IMG/VR virus record: IMGVR_UViG_3300032216_000679
Location: 7,408-71,407 of that record
Length of the DNA stretch: 64,000 nt
Source of the DNA: a virus
Taxonomy: Duplodnaviria > Caudoviricetes
Direction: 5' to 3' (one strand)
In this document: one piece after another, positions 43,956 through 53,161 of the stretch
Numbering within the stretch: the first letter of the stretch is position 1
Layout: every line of letters starts with the position of its first letter
Program-made: the position numbers and the translations under genes
The notes under the pieces: generated by a model
Databases searched by the model: none
What the model was told of the DNA's origin: nothing
The model's input: only the letters and a program-made list of their open reading frames with translations

Positions 43956-46900
43956 GTGCATAGATATACCCCGCTACATGTTCATACACATTTTAGTCAG
44001 ATGGATGGGGTTGCCACTCCAGAAGAATATGTAGAAAGAGCCATGCAGAATGGCATGGAAGCCATAGCCATTACAGATCATGGCACCCTCTCAGGACACA
44101 GGCCGATGTATCGCGCAGCCAAGTCTGCTGGTATTAAGCCTATTTTGGGAGTAGAAGGATATATTACTGCTGACAGATTTGATAAGAGAGATAAGAGCGA
44201 GAGGACAACTCCGCTTGACATGGTTTACAACCACATTATTATTATTGCAAAGAATGATCAAGGACTTGACAATCTTGGCAAACTTAACGAAATTTCATGG
44301 ACTGAGGGCTACTACCGCAAGCCCCGCATTGACTTTGAGGTATTAGAAAAATATCGTGAAGGACTAATTGTTTCTTCTGCTTGTATGTCTGGCCTAATCA
44401 ATAAGGCTATTGAGGTAGATGATTATGCTGTAGCAAAGCAGCATTTGAAGTGGTTCTCTGATCGCTTTGGCGATGATTTTTATGTAGAGGTTATGCCTCA
44501 CAATCCTCCAGAGATTAATAAGGCTTTGGTTGAACTTGCCGATGCAGCAGGACACAAGATTATTGTTACACCTGACTGTCATCATGCGACGGTAGATCAA
44601 AAGGTAATTCAGGAAATGATGCTTATCCTTAACACTCATGCCAAACTTGAGAAGGATATTGCATATGATAAGTCTGTTAAACATACAGACATGATGGACA
44701 GACTTGACTATCTTTATGGTAAAGATCGCATGATGAGTTTTAATAAGTTTGATATTCATTTGCTCTCTGCTGATGAGATGCGTATCGCTATGGAGGAAAA
44801 CGGAGGATTCCGTGATGATATGTTTGTTAATACGATGGAAGTATCAGATAAAATTGAAGACTATACAATTAGTCGCAATCTCAACCTGCTTCCTGTCGAA
44901 CACAGAGATCCTGATAAGGAGATTCGTGATCAATGTCTACGATTCCTTAAGCAGAATAATCTTGAATCTCAAGAATATCTAGATCGACTAGAGGAAGAAC
45001 TCTCGGTAATTAAGAATAAGAAGTTTGCCTCATACTTCATCGTTGTTCGTAATATGCTTACATGGGCAAAGAAGAATGATATTATGGTTGGGCCTGGGCG
45101 AGGATCTAGTGCAGGATCTCTTGTATGTTATGCCCTTGGCATTACAGATATTGATCCTATTAAGTATGGTTTGCTATTCTTCCGCTTCATTGACATTGAT
45201 CGTGATGATTTCCCTGACGTAGACTCTGATATTCAGGATAGCCGTCGTGAAGAAGTAAAAGATTATCTAGAAAGGCAATATAGACATGTCGCTTCAATTG
45301 CCACCTTCTTACAGTTCAAGGACAAGGGAGTCGTGCGAGATGTGGCTCGCTGCTTAAACGTTCCTCTTTCTGATGTTAATCGTGCTTTAAAGACTATAGA
45401 TACTTGGGACGAGTATGTAATGTCAAAAAATGTTGCATGGTTCCGCGATAAATATCCAGAGATTGAGCAATACGGAGGCCAGTTGCGTGGCCGTATTCGT
45501 GGAACAGGAATCCATGCAGCAGGAGTTGTAACATCAAAGATTCCAATTTCTAAGGTCGCTCCAATGGAAACAAGATCTATTACAGGACAAGATACGAGAA
45601 TTCCTGTGGTCGCTATTGATATGGAAGAAGCAGCAGATATTGGTCTGATTAAGATTGATGCCTTAGGACTAAAGACTTTAACTGTTCTTAACGATACTCT
45701 CAAAATTATTGAAGAGCGTCATGGAAAGAAGATTGATCTAAATAAGATTGATTTAGAGGATAGGAATATTTATGCCATGCTTTCTGATGGTTACACCAAG
45801 GGTGTTTTCCAATGCGAAGCAACTCCTTATACAAATCTTCTAATCAAAATGGGCGTAAGCAAGTTTGACGAACTTGTAGCATCAAATGCTCTGGTGCGCC
45901 CAGGCGCCATGAACACCATTGGTAAAGAGTATATTGCTCGCAAACGTGGTACAAGTGGAATTGTTTATAGTAATACAATTCTAAAAGAATTCACAGAAGA
46001 CACATATGGGTGTATCCTATACCAAGAGCAAGTTATGCTCGCCTGTCAGCGTCTTGGAGGCATGACAATGGGTGAGGCTAACAAGGTTCGAAAGATCATT
46101 GGTAAGAAGAAGGATGCGAAAGAGTTTGATGAATTCAAGGAGTTATTTGTTCGGAATGCGACTGGGCCACTTGGTGGGGCGGCTGCTGAGAAGATGTGGC
46201 ATGACTTTGAGGCCCACGCAGGGTACTCGTTCAATAAGTCTCATGCGGTCGCTTACTCAACTCTGTCGTACTGGACAGCATGGCTCAAATACTACTATCC
46301 AATAGAATTTATTTTTGCTCTTCTTAACAATGAAAAGGATAAGGATGCTCGTACAGAGTATTTGATTGAGGCAAAGCGAATGGGAATTCCATTGCGCCTT
46401 CCACATATTAATGATTCTGATGCCGATTTTAAGATTGAGGGCAAGGGAATTAGATTCGGTCTATCAAGCATTAAGTTTATTTCTGATAAGATCGCTTCAA
46501 GATATGTTGAGGGTCGTCCATTTAAATCTTTTAAAGAAGTAGAAGAGTTTACTTTTACAAAAGGTAATGGCGTTAATAGTCGTGCGCTATCATCTCTAAA
46601 TGCTATTGGTGCATTAACATTTCCAGACAATCCAAGGAATGATGAAAGCATTAAGGAAAACATGTATGAATACCTTAATCTTCCTGAATTTAATATTCAG
46701 GTTCCACAACACTATCATGCCTACATTAGTTCTGTAGATGACTTTGATGAAAAGGGTGCATTTATTCTTATGGGTGTTGTGCGTGGAATTAAGCGAGGTA
46801 AGGGCTGGAGCCGTGTAGAAATTCTAGACGGTACTGGATCAGTTGGGATATTTGATGAAGAAGAAACTTCTATTGAAGCAGGTAGGACTTATATTATTCT

Positions 46901-47228
46901 TGCTGGATCTAACAGAATTGTGGAAGCAGTTCCTGTTGACGAGTTACAGGAAAGCAAGTCTGCGCTTGTCAGATTCTTGAATTACAAACAACTTCCATAT
47001 AGTCAAGATGAGCATTATGTGCTATCCTTTAAACCTCGCATTACAAAAGCGGGTAAAAGAATGGCTAGCCTAGTTGTGGCTGATAGCGGAAGAGAACTCA
47101 TGTCGATGATTGTATTTCCATCGACATTTGCAATGGCATATACTCGTTTAGAAGAGGGCAGTGCTTATAAGATTAATTACAGTGTCTCAAAAGATGAGGA
47201 CTTAGTATTTCAGGAGGTAGTAGCGTGA
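43956..47228 (+). CDS. dnaE: DNA polymerase III alpha subunit (family C); GTG start after SD GAAAGGA (track start 43920 is too early)
   Basis: PHP HVHTHFS/TDHG/GVEGY; GPGRGSSAGS; DFPDVDSD; GTGIHAAG; KIDALGL; YSFNKSHAVAYS. Confidence 0.95.
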   Translation: MHRYTPLHVHTHFSQMDGVATPEEYVERAMQNGMEAIAITDHGTLSGHRPMYRAAKSAGIKPILGVEGYITADRFDKRDKSERTTPLDMVYNHIIIIAKNDQGLDNLGKLNEISWTEGYYRKPRIDFEVLEKYREGLIVSSACMSGLINKAIEVDDYAVAKQHLKWFSDRFGDDFYVEVMPHNPPEINKALVELADAAGHKIIVTPDCHHATVDQKVIQEMMLILNTHAKLEKDIAYDKSVKHTDMMDRLDYLYGKDRMMSFNKFDIHLLSADEMRIAMEENGGFRDDMFVNTMEVSDKIEDYTISRNLNLLPVEHRDPDKEIRDQCLRFLKQNNLESQEYLDRLEEELSVIKNKKFASYFIVVRNMLTWAKKNDIMVGPGRGSSAGSLVCYALGITDIDPIKYGLLFFRFIDIDRDDFPDVDSDIQDSRREEVKDYLERQYRHVASIATFLQFKDKGVVRDVARCLNVPLSDVNRALKTIDTWDEYVMSKNVAWFRDKYPEIEQYGGQLRGRIRGTGIHAAGVVTSKIPISKVAPMETRSITGQDTRIPVVAIDMEEAADIGLIKIDALGLKTLTVLNDTLKIIEERHGKKIDLNKIDLEDRNIYAMLSDGYTKGVFQCEATPYTNLLIKMGVSKFDELVASNALVRPGAMNTIGKEYIARKRGTSGIVYSNTILKEFTEDTYGCILYQEQVMLACQRLGGMTMGEANKVRKIIGKKKDAKEFDEFKELFVRNATGPLGGAAAEKMWHDFEAHAGYSFNKSHAVAYSTLSYWTAWLKYYYPIEFIFALLNNEKDKDARTEYLIEAKRMGIPLRLPHINDSDADFKIEGKGIRFGLSSIKFISDKIASRYVEGRPFKSFKEVEEFTFTKGNGVNSRALSSLNAIGALTFPDNPRNDESIKENMYEYLNLPEFNIQVPQHYHAYISSVDDFDEKGAFILMGVVRGIKRGKGWSRVEILDGTGSVGIFDEEETSIEAGRTYIILAGSNRIVEAVPVDELQESKSALVRFLNYKQLPYSQDEHYVLSFKPRITKAGKRMASLVVADSGRELMSMIVFPSTFAMAYTRLEEGSAYKINYSVSKDEDLVFQEVVA

Positions 47229-47563
47229 ACACATTTAATCTAGATGCAGAATCAAAGCGTTTGCATGATAACGCTGTAGACAAGGGCTTTTGGGAGCCTA
47301 ATAACAAAGACACCCATACAATCTTCTATCTTAAGCAGATTGCTATGATTCATTCAGAATGCTCAGAAGTTCTTGAGGCAATTCGCAAGAGCAAGGGTGA
47401 TCAGCAGGTTGTTGAAGAACTTGCAGACATTATTATTCGAACCTTGGATCTTTATTGGGGTCTTAAAGAAGATGGCTATACAGATATTTCTCTTCATGAT
47501 ACATATCTAGATAAGACTGCATACAATGAGCAGCGTGCAAGAATGCACGGGGTACTCGCGTGA
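47225..47563 (+). CDS. mazG: MazG-like nucleotide pyrophosphohydrolase
   Basis: IHSECSEVLEAIRK...VEELADIIIR. Confidence 0.85.
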   Translation: MNTFNLDAESKRLHDNAVDKGFWEPNNKDTHTIFYLKQIAMIHSECSEVLEAIRKSKGDQQVVEELADIIIRTLDLYWGLKEDGYTDISLHDTYLDKTAYNEQRARMHGVLA

Positions 47564-48576
47564 CAGAAATTGATGAGATCCTTGCACAACTTAATCCTAA
47601 GTTGCGTAAGAAGATTTCCTTAGGCTCTGAGATTGAACAAACTCAATTTGCCAAGACCCCTAGTTATGGTTTAAATCGTGCGCTTAATGGTGGTCTTCCC
47701 TACGGTCGTCAGATACTGATCTGGGGAAATAAGTCTGCTGGCAAGTCATCATTTTGCCTACAAATTATTGCTGAGGCACAGAAAGAAGGTAAAGTATGTG
47801 CATGGATCGACGCAGAAATGACTTACTCCCCAGAATGGGCTGCACAACTAGGCGTAGACAGTACAAAGTTAATTCATTCTACGGCTCGCACTATGAACGA
47901 TATGGTAGATGTTGGTACTGACTTTATGAAGGCTGGTGTTGATGTTATCGTTGTTGATAGTATCTCAGCATTGCTTCCAGCAATTTACTTTGAGAAGGAT
48001 TCAACAGAACTAAAGCAATTAGAAAACACTAAGCAGATTGGTGCAGAAGCCAGAGATATGACAAATGCTGTCAAGATGCTTAACTATTCAAATAATCAAG
48101 TAAAACCAACACTGCTAATTCTCATTAGTCAGGCTCGCAATAATATTGGTGCCATGTATGTGTCACAGCAACCCACTGGTGGTATGGCTACGAAGTTCTA
48201 CTCTTCTACCATTGTTAAACTATTTTCATCAGAATCAGATAATCAAGCAATCAAAGGAAAAATATATGTCGGAGATAAGATCATTGAAGAAAAAGTTGGG
48301 CGCAAAGTTCGTTGGGATGTTCAATTCTCTAAAACTAGTCCAGCGTTCCAAACTGGAGAATATGATTTCTACTTCAGGGGACCAGACCTTGGAGTGGATT
48401 CAATTGCAGACCTCGTTGATACAGCAGAAATACTTGGCTTCATTGAGCGTGGTGGAGCGTGGTATACAGTTGAAGGTGAAAGATATCAAGGAAGAGAAAA
48501 ATTGATCCTTGGAGTTAAAGAGAATATAGATATCCAGCAAGCCCTAATCAATAAGGTGAATGGTGAACAAGTATAG
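47560..48576 (+). CDS. recA: RecA/UvsX-like recombinase
   Basis: GNKSAGKS Walker A, WIDAE, IVVDSISAL, KFYSS, GAWY. Confidence 0.92.
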   Translation: MTEIDEILAQLNPKLRKKISLGSEIEQTQFAKTPSYGLNRALNGGLPYGRQILIWGNKSAGKSSFCLQIIAEAQKEGKVCAWIDAEMTYSPEWAAQLGVDSTKLIHSTARTMNDMVDVGTDFMKAGVDVIVVDSISALLPAIYFEKDSTELKQLENTKQIGAEARDMTNAVKMLNYSNNQVKPTLLILISQARNNIGAMYVSQQPTGGMATKFYSSTIVKLFSSESDNQAIKGKIYVGDKIIEEKVGRKVRWDVQFSKTSPAFQTGEYDFYFRGPDLGVDSIADLVDTAEILGFIERGGAWYTVEGERYQGREKLILGVKENIDIQQALINKVNGEQV

Positions 48577-48718
48577 TTTGTATCATGGACAGTTTTCTTG
48601 TCAAAGATGTAAGAGGGACGTACAAAAGGCAAGATTCTGGTATGACACCAGAGATTTTACTTGGCAATGTGAATGCAAATTCATATCTAAAGTAAATCTT
48701 GTTGGACGAGGTTATTAA
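48560..48718 (+). CDS. small zinc-ribbon protein; absent from the ORF track
   Basis: M(V)NKYSLYHGQFSCQRCKR...WQCECKFISKVNLVGRGY; TAATG coupling to the next gene. Confidence 0.65.
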   Translation: MVNKYSLYHGQFSCQRCKRDVQKARFWYDTRDFTWQCECKFISKVNLVGRGY

Positions 48719-49014
48719 TGACGGAACGTGGCGAGGCTAGTCGAATTGGCGCTCGTCTTCATAAAAACTCTGGAAGAAATTATACAAAAGGTGATGCAAC
48801 ATGGGGAAACTATGTTGTTGATTTCAAAGAGTATGCAAAAAGTTTTAGTCTAAATAAAGACGTATGGGCTAAAGTTGTTACAGATTGCATGAAAGTAGAT
48901 AAGACAAAATCCCCTGCGATTATACTCGTCCTTGGTGAGGGTAATCAGAAAGTCCGTTTAGCCGTGATAGAATTAGACGAATTAGAAAGGCTAACAAATG
49001 ACAACGACTCTTGA
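48718..49014 (+). CDS. PD-(D/E)XK Holliday-junction-resolvase-like nuclease
   Basis: HKNSGR...KGDA...VDFKE. Confidence 0.65.
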   Translation: MTERGEASRIGARLHKNSGRNYTKGDATWGNYVVDFKEYAKSFSLNKDVWAKVVTDCMKVDKTKSPAIILVLGEGNQKVRLAVIELDELERLTNDNDS

Positions 49015-49321
49015 ACTTGTTAATGAAGTTGCAGAGTTTACAGAGATATCAGATATATGTGAAGATGAACAACTTACGGAAGCATTAGCAATTATTGTTA
49101 AGTTGATGATGAATCCAGACATACCACCACAAAAGGCGGTAAATCTAATTGTTCAACTAGAAGCCTATGCAGCAAAGTTTGCAATGCTTGCTTCATATTA
49201 CACAAACGTAAAAAAGGATGACAGGGTAAAGAAGAATCTTTACTTTTCGGCTCGTGACGCTATACAGAGATTAACAGATTCTCTAAAGTATAGTGCTAAA
49301 CTAGGGAGTTTTTATGGCTAA
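48998..49321 (+). CDS. hypothetical helical protein
   Basis: coupled ORF inside the recombination module. Confidence 0.7.
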   Translation: MTTTLELVNEVAEFTEISDICEDEQLTEALAIIVKLMMNPDIPPQKAVNLIVQLEAYAAKFAMLASYYTNVKKDDRVKKNLYFSARDAIQRLTDSLKYSAKLGSFYG

Positions 49322-50081
49322 GAATTTTTTGAAGCAGGTAATTGATAGAAAACCAGATGGTCCAATTGACACTAAGGCTCTTATTCAAAAGATTGAGTCT
49401 GGATATCTTGTGGGCAGAGATCCACAATTTAAGACTAAGAAAACATTTAGTCCTTCTACTTTGGTCTACGGAAGTGGTGCGTGTGCCCGTTACTGGTTTC
49501 TCGCCTTCTCTGGAGCAGAATTTGTAGATGACGCTGATCCATATGCCGTAGCAAATATGGGAAGCGGTACACAGGCTCATGAGCGTATTCAGACCGCTAT
49601 TGAAAACGCAGGCATTATGGTGGAGAAAGAAAAAAGAATTACTGCTCAAGATCCACCTATCTTTGGATTTGCTGATGCCATTGTTCAATGGGGAGAAGAT
49701 CAGCCTGTTGTAGAAATTAAAACAATGCGCGAAGAATCATTTGCTTATCGTAAGTATGCCAAGCCGCCGTCATATCACGTTATGCAATTAGTAATTTACA
49801 TGAAGGTTCTTGGTAAGAAACTAGGAGTTCTTCTTTATGAAAATAAGAATAGTCATGAACTTCATGCTATTACTATTGAGCCTACACCAGAACTAATAAC
49901 TTGGGCAGACTATGCCTTTGATTGGATGAGGAAGGTCAGAGCACAATGGGAAAGCGGAGATATTCCTAAGAAGACATACCGATCAAATTCAAAAGTTTGT
50001 GGTGGATGTCCAGTAAAGAATGCTTGCCTAAGTGCAGATAAGGGAACTATAAAAATTGATCCCTTGGAGTATCTTGAATGA
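49314..50081 (+). CDS. Cas4-like / PD-(D/E)XK exonuclease
   Basis: SPS...GACAR, GTQAHE, GFAD, VEIKT, QLVIY, CGGCPVKNAC. Confidence 0.85.
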   Translation: MAKNFLKQVIDRKPDGPIDTKALIQKIESGYLVGRDPQFKTKKTFSPSTLVYGSGACARYWFLAFSGAEFVDDADPYAVANMGSGTQAHERIQTAIENAGIMVEKEKRITAQDPPIFGFADAIVQWGEDQPVVEIKTMREESFAYRKYAKPPSYHVMQLVIYMKVLGKKLGVLLYENKNSHELHAITIEPTPELITWADYAFDWMRKVRAQWESGDIPKKTYRSNSKVCGGCPVKNACLSADKGTIKIDPLEYLE

Positions 50082-50371
50082 AATTTTGTGAGTGGTGCTC
50101 CCTAGAATTTATTCCAAATGTTCAATATCAGATTTATTGTTCTGGGGAGTGCCGCGAACTATCCACAAAAGAAAAGATTAATGAAAGATATAAAAGGAAT
50201 CGCAGAAACAAACTTTCAAAAAAGAAAAGAAAGTGTAGTGGTGGGTGCGAAACAATCATAAGCATTTACAATGAAAATAATTTTTGTGATGCTTGTTCTA
50301 TAAATAAAAAGCAGGTAGATAAAATGCTTAAAGAACTTAAAGGATTATTTGATTATGAGCAAAATAGGTAG
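50078..50371 (+). CDS. Cys-rich hypothetical zinc-binding protein
   Basis: CEWC...YCSGEC...CSGGC...CDAC. Confidence 0.7.
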   Translation: MKFCEWCSLEFIPNVQYQIYCSGECRELSTKEKINERYKRNRRNKLSKKKRKCSGGCETIISIYNENNFCDACSINKKQVDKMLKELKGLFDYEQNR

Positions 50372-50948
50372 ATTAAGAAATCTTGATCTCCCCACTTCAT
50401 TTTGTGCTATTGATGCAAGCACTAATAGTTTAGCATTTGCCTATTTTGTTGATGGTAATTTACTTCACTGGGGAAAAATAAAGTATCAAGGAAATAATGT
50501 TTATGAAAAGATTGCTGATACGTCACACAAGACTGTTGCCTTTTTTAATTCATTTCCAGTAGAAGTAATTGTCATTGAAGATACAATTTTTGCAAATTCA
50601 CCTAAGACTGCTGCACAACTTGCAAAATGTCAAGGTGCGCTGTTGGCTGCTGCAAGTATGGCTGGAGTAAAAGCGGTATATGCAGTAAGCCCCGTTGCTT
50701 GGCAAAATTATGTTGGCACAAGATTACTTAATCAACAAGAAAAAGATGAGATTAAAAATACAACCCCAGGCAAAAGCAACTCTTGGTATAAAACAAGAGA
50801 ACGTGAAATAAGAAAGAATAGAACTATTGCAACAATGAATGAAAGATTTAATATAGGAAACTCTGATAATGATATTGCAGATGCAATAGGTATTGGAGTA
50901 TACTCTATGGAAAATTGGACTAAGGTAGTGGGAAGCAATAATGCCTAG
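50355..50948 (+). CDS. ruvC: RuvC-like Holliday junction resolvase
   Basis: AIDASTNSLAFA, IVIED, DIADAIGIG. Confidence 0.8.
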   Translation: MSKIGRLRNLDLPTSFCAIDASTNSLAFAYFVDGNLLHWGKIKYQGNNVYEKIADTSHKTVAFFNSFPVEVIVIEDTIFANSPKTAAQLAKCQGALLAAASMAGVKAVYAVSPVAWQNYVGTRLLNQQEKDEIKNTTPGKSNSWYKTREREIRKNRTIATMNERFNIGNSDNDIADAIGIGVYSMENWTKVVGSNNA

Positions 50949-51093
50949 AGGAAGTACCTTGCATCATTCTGAAGCATTCTTAAGAAAGAGAATTCTTGTT
51001 GATAAGAAAACTCCAGAAGAAATTGCAAAGGAATGTAATGTAAGTTTACAAATTATTTACCGTCAACTAAAAAAGTTTGGATTAAGAAAATGA
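50941..51093 (+). CDS. small HTH protein (50 aa); absent from the ORF track
   Basis: MPRGSTLHHSEAFLRKRILVDKKTPEEIAKECNVSLQIIYRQLKKFGLRK. Confidence 0.7.
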   Translation: MPRGSTLHHSEAFLRKRILVDKKTPEEIAKECNVSLQIIYRQLKKFGLRK

Positions 51094-51326
51094 ATGATAT
51101 GGTAAATCATCCATCACACTATACGAGCGATCCTAGCGGAGTAGAGTGTATTGACATTGTTCGTCATAGGAACTATAATATAGGCAATGCTATCAAATAT
51201 CTTTGGCGTGCTGGTCTTAAGAATGAAGACAAGCATATTGAGGATTTGAAGAAGGCGGTTTTTTATATCAATGACGAGATTAACAGATTGCAGGGAAATC
51301 ATGGCTCGCAAAAAAGCAACAGTTAG
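51090..51326 (+). CDS. DUF3310-like protein
   Basis: VNHPSHYT...GVECIDI...GNAIKYLWRAG...EDLKKA..Y. Confidence 0.85.
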   Translation: MNDMVNHPSHYTSDPSGVECIDIVRHRNYNIGNAIKYLWRAGLKNEDKHIEDLKKAVFYINDEINRLQGNHGSQKSNS

Positions 51327-51585
51327 TCCAAACGCACATCTCTATGCTATAAATGATTCTTATACAATGCCTGACGGCAGAACAATAGTTAAAGATGAAA
51401 CCATTAAAATTGATGGAGAGCACGGGGGGAAGTTTAAATTTCTTCAACATGTTATAAGAACTGATAATGCAATTGAATGGATTGACTGTTTTGAAATTCG
51501 TTCTGGAGTAATGTGTGCTTGGAGATCTTTTAGGCCAAATAGGATTAAACCATTACCTAAAACTAAGAAAAAGAAAACGGTATAA
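51301..51585 (+). CDS. hypothetical protein (track start 51271)
   Basis: SD AGGGA before ATG 51301; small beta domain. Confidence 0.65.
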   Translation: MARKKATVSPNAHLYAINDSYTMPDGRTIVKDETIKIDGEHGGKFKFLQHVIRTDNAIEWIDCFEIRSGVMCAWRSFRPNRIKPLPKTKKKKTV

Positions 51586-51586
51586 T
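51578..51586 (+). promoter_or_regulatory. -10 CGGTATAAT, 7 nt before GTG (leaderless)
   Basis: motif and spacing. Confidence 0.55.
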
Positions 51587-51593
51587 ATAGTTT

Positions 51594-51932
51594 GTGCCTA
51601 AAGACACAAATAGATTTGTAGTCCAACCACTTTATGATTTAAATAGAAATAAAAAAGAAAAGCCCCAAAAAAGAACAACAAAAAGAAAAAAGGAACTGCA
51701 AAAAATGATTGCAGACATAAAAGAAAAAAGTGGCTGTATAGATTGCAAAGTGTCTTACCCTTACTATATACTTGACTTTGACCACGTTAGCGGAACAAAA
51801 GTGGCAAACATAGCGTCAATGCTTGATTATTATTCTGTTGAAGATATATTTAAAGAGATAGAAAAGTGTGAAATTGTATGCGCTAATTGTCATAGAGAAC
51901 GTACATTTAACAGAAAGCATAAAGCAAGTTAA
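51594..51932 (+). CDS. HNH endonuclease
   Basis: GCIDC...LDFDHV...CEIVCANCHRER. Confidence 0.85.
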   Translation: MPKDTNRFVVQPLYDLNRNKKEKPQKRTTKRKKELQKMIADIKEKSGCIDCKVSYPYYILDFDHVSGTKVANIASMLDYYSVEDIFKEIEKCEIVCANCHRERTFNRKHKAS

Positions 51933-52024
51933 TGTGAGATGAATCACAAACATATAAAATATTAGGCATCTGTCAAAAGAAAGATGTTATCCTAGAATAA
52001 TGTTGCCGCCGCAAGGAGGAACAA

Positions 52025-52558
52025 ATGACGAAAAAAGAACTGGTAGGAGGGATTATGGCTAGTCTATTAACGTTGTCGATGTTGACAGGATATTCTAGTG
52101 CTGCTCCAACTGAACAGGTGTATGCTAAGTCAAATGCACCTATTGCGACGGAGGCTATTTATAAGCCTGTCGTATTACAGGCTTTTAATAAGCCAAAACA
52201 ATGCAAGAACTGGCTCGTTAAAGTATTAAACGATGCTGGATTCCGTGGCAAGAAACTCAGGATTTCCTGGGCTATCGTAATGCGTGAGAGTGGTGGAAAG
52301 GCTGATAGCATTTCTGCAACTCACGATTATGGAATGTTTCAACTAAACTATGCTGCTTGGCATAAGCAGTCATGGTGGAATAGCAAGAAGTTGCTTACTC
52401 GTAGTTATAATGCAAGCATAGCGTATAAGATTTCACAGGGTGGAAAAAGTTTCTATCCTTGGGATATTGACGGTGCTGGTCGTTATAAAGCACGATACAC
52501 ATCTAAAGCAACTTACAATAAATTTAAAGAATGGTACAACTTGTATCCATGTAAGTAG
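52025..52558 (+). CDS. secreted lytic transglycosylase (SLT/Rpf-like) with a signal peptide
   Basis: hydrophobic N-terminus ending SSA-A; AIVMRESGG, DYGMFQLN; strong SD AAGGAGG. Confidence 0.8.
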   Translation: MTKKELVGGIMASLLTLSMLTGYSSAAPTEQVYAKSNAPIATEAIYKPVVLQAFNKPKQCKNWLVKVLNDAGFRGKKLRISWAIVMRESGGKADSISATHDYGMFQLNYAAWHKQSWWNSKKLLTRSYNASIAYKISQGGKSFYPWDIDGAGRYKARYTSKATYNKFKEWYNLYPCK

Positions 52559-52562
52559 TAGT

Positions 52563-52613
52563 TGGTGGGATAGGGACACATTTCAAAATGGTGGCAACAT
52601 TCCTATCCCACCA
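52563..52613 (+). terminator. long hairpin after the transglycosylase gene
   Basis: 14-bp stem TGGTGGGATAGGGA/TTCCTATCCCACCA with an inner helix. Confidence 0.65.
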
Positions 52614-52614
52614 C

Positions 52615-52623
52615 TGCTATAAT
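52615..52623 (+). promoter_or_regulatory. extended -10 TGCTATAAT for the terminase operon
   Basis: motif directly after the hairpin; SD AGGGAG follows. Confidence 0.7.
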
Positions 52624-52642
52624 TGTCCCTTTAGGGAGAACA

Positions 52643-53161
52643 ATGACAGACTTAATGCTTCATCTTGAACAAGTGAATGCAGTAGCGGCAGAATATATCA
52701 AGGGTAAAAACGAAACAGAAATTTCTAAAGATCTTGATATTCCTCGTGCAAGAGTTTCTTCCATGCTTAGGGAATGGAAGCAGATGGCTTCCAATAGCGA
52801 AGCGGTAAGAAGTCGTGCTAGAGAGGCTTTGGCTTCTGCCGATCAGCATTACAATTATCTTATTAAACAAACATACGAGGTAATTGAGGAAGCCAACGTA
52901 ACCTCAAATCTTGGAGCAAAGACAACTGCAATTAAATTAGTGCTTGATATTGAAACTCGTCGCATTGATATGCTTCAAAAGGCTGGACTTCTTGAGAATA
53001 AAGAATTAGCAGAAGAACTTCTTGAACAAGAAAGAAAGCAGGAAGTTTTAATTAATATTCTGAGAGATGTTTCCGCTGATTGCCCACGATGCAAGAATGA
53101 AGTTGCTCGTCGTCTTGCAGCAGCAGCAGGTAGCGAAGAAGTGATTACAGTTGACAATTGA
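52643..53161 (+). CDS. probable terminase small subunit
   Basis: N-terminal HTH (ETEISKDLDIPRARVSSML), helical body; overlaps the large subunit. Confidence 0.6.
   Translation: MTDLMLHLEQVNAVAAEYIKGKNETEISKDLDIPRARVSSMLREWKQMASNSEAVRSRAREALASADQHYNYLIKQTYEVIEEANVTSNLGAKTTAIKLVLDIETRRIDMLQKAGLLENKELAEELLEQERKQEVLINILRDVSADCPRCKNEVARRLAAAAGSEEVITVDN

Noticed and set aside
44394-46663. Minus-strand ORFs over dnaE and similar ones over nrdJ, MCP and terminase
   Set aside because: Shadow ORFs of strongly biased coding sequence; all supported genes and promoters are on +.
49314-50081. Cas4-like gene as a sign of a CRISPR system
   Set aside because: No repeat-spacer array or other cas gene was seen. 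Solo Cas4-like nucleases beside RecA and resolvases are common phage recombination genes.
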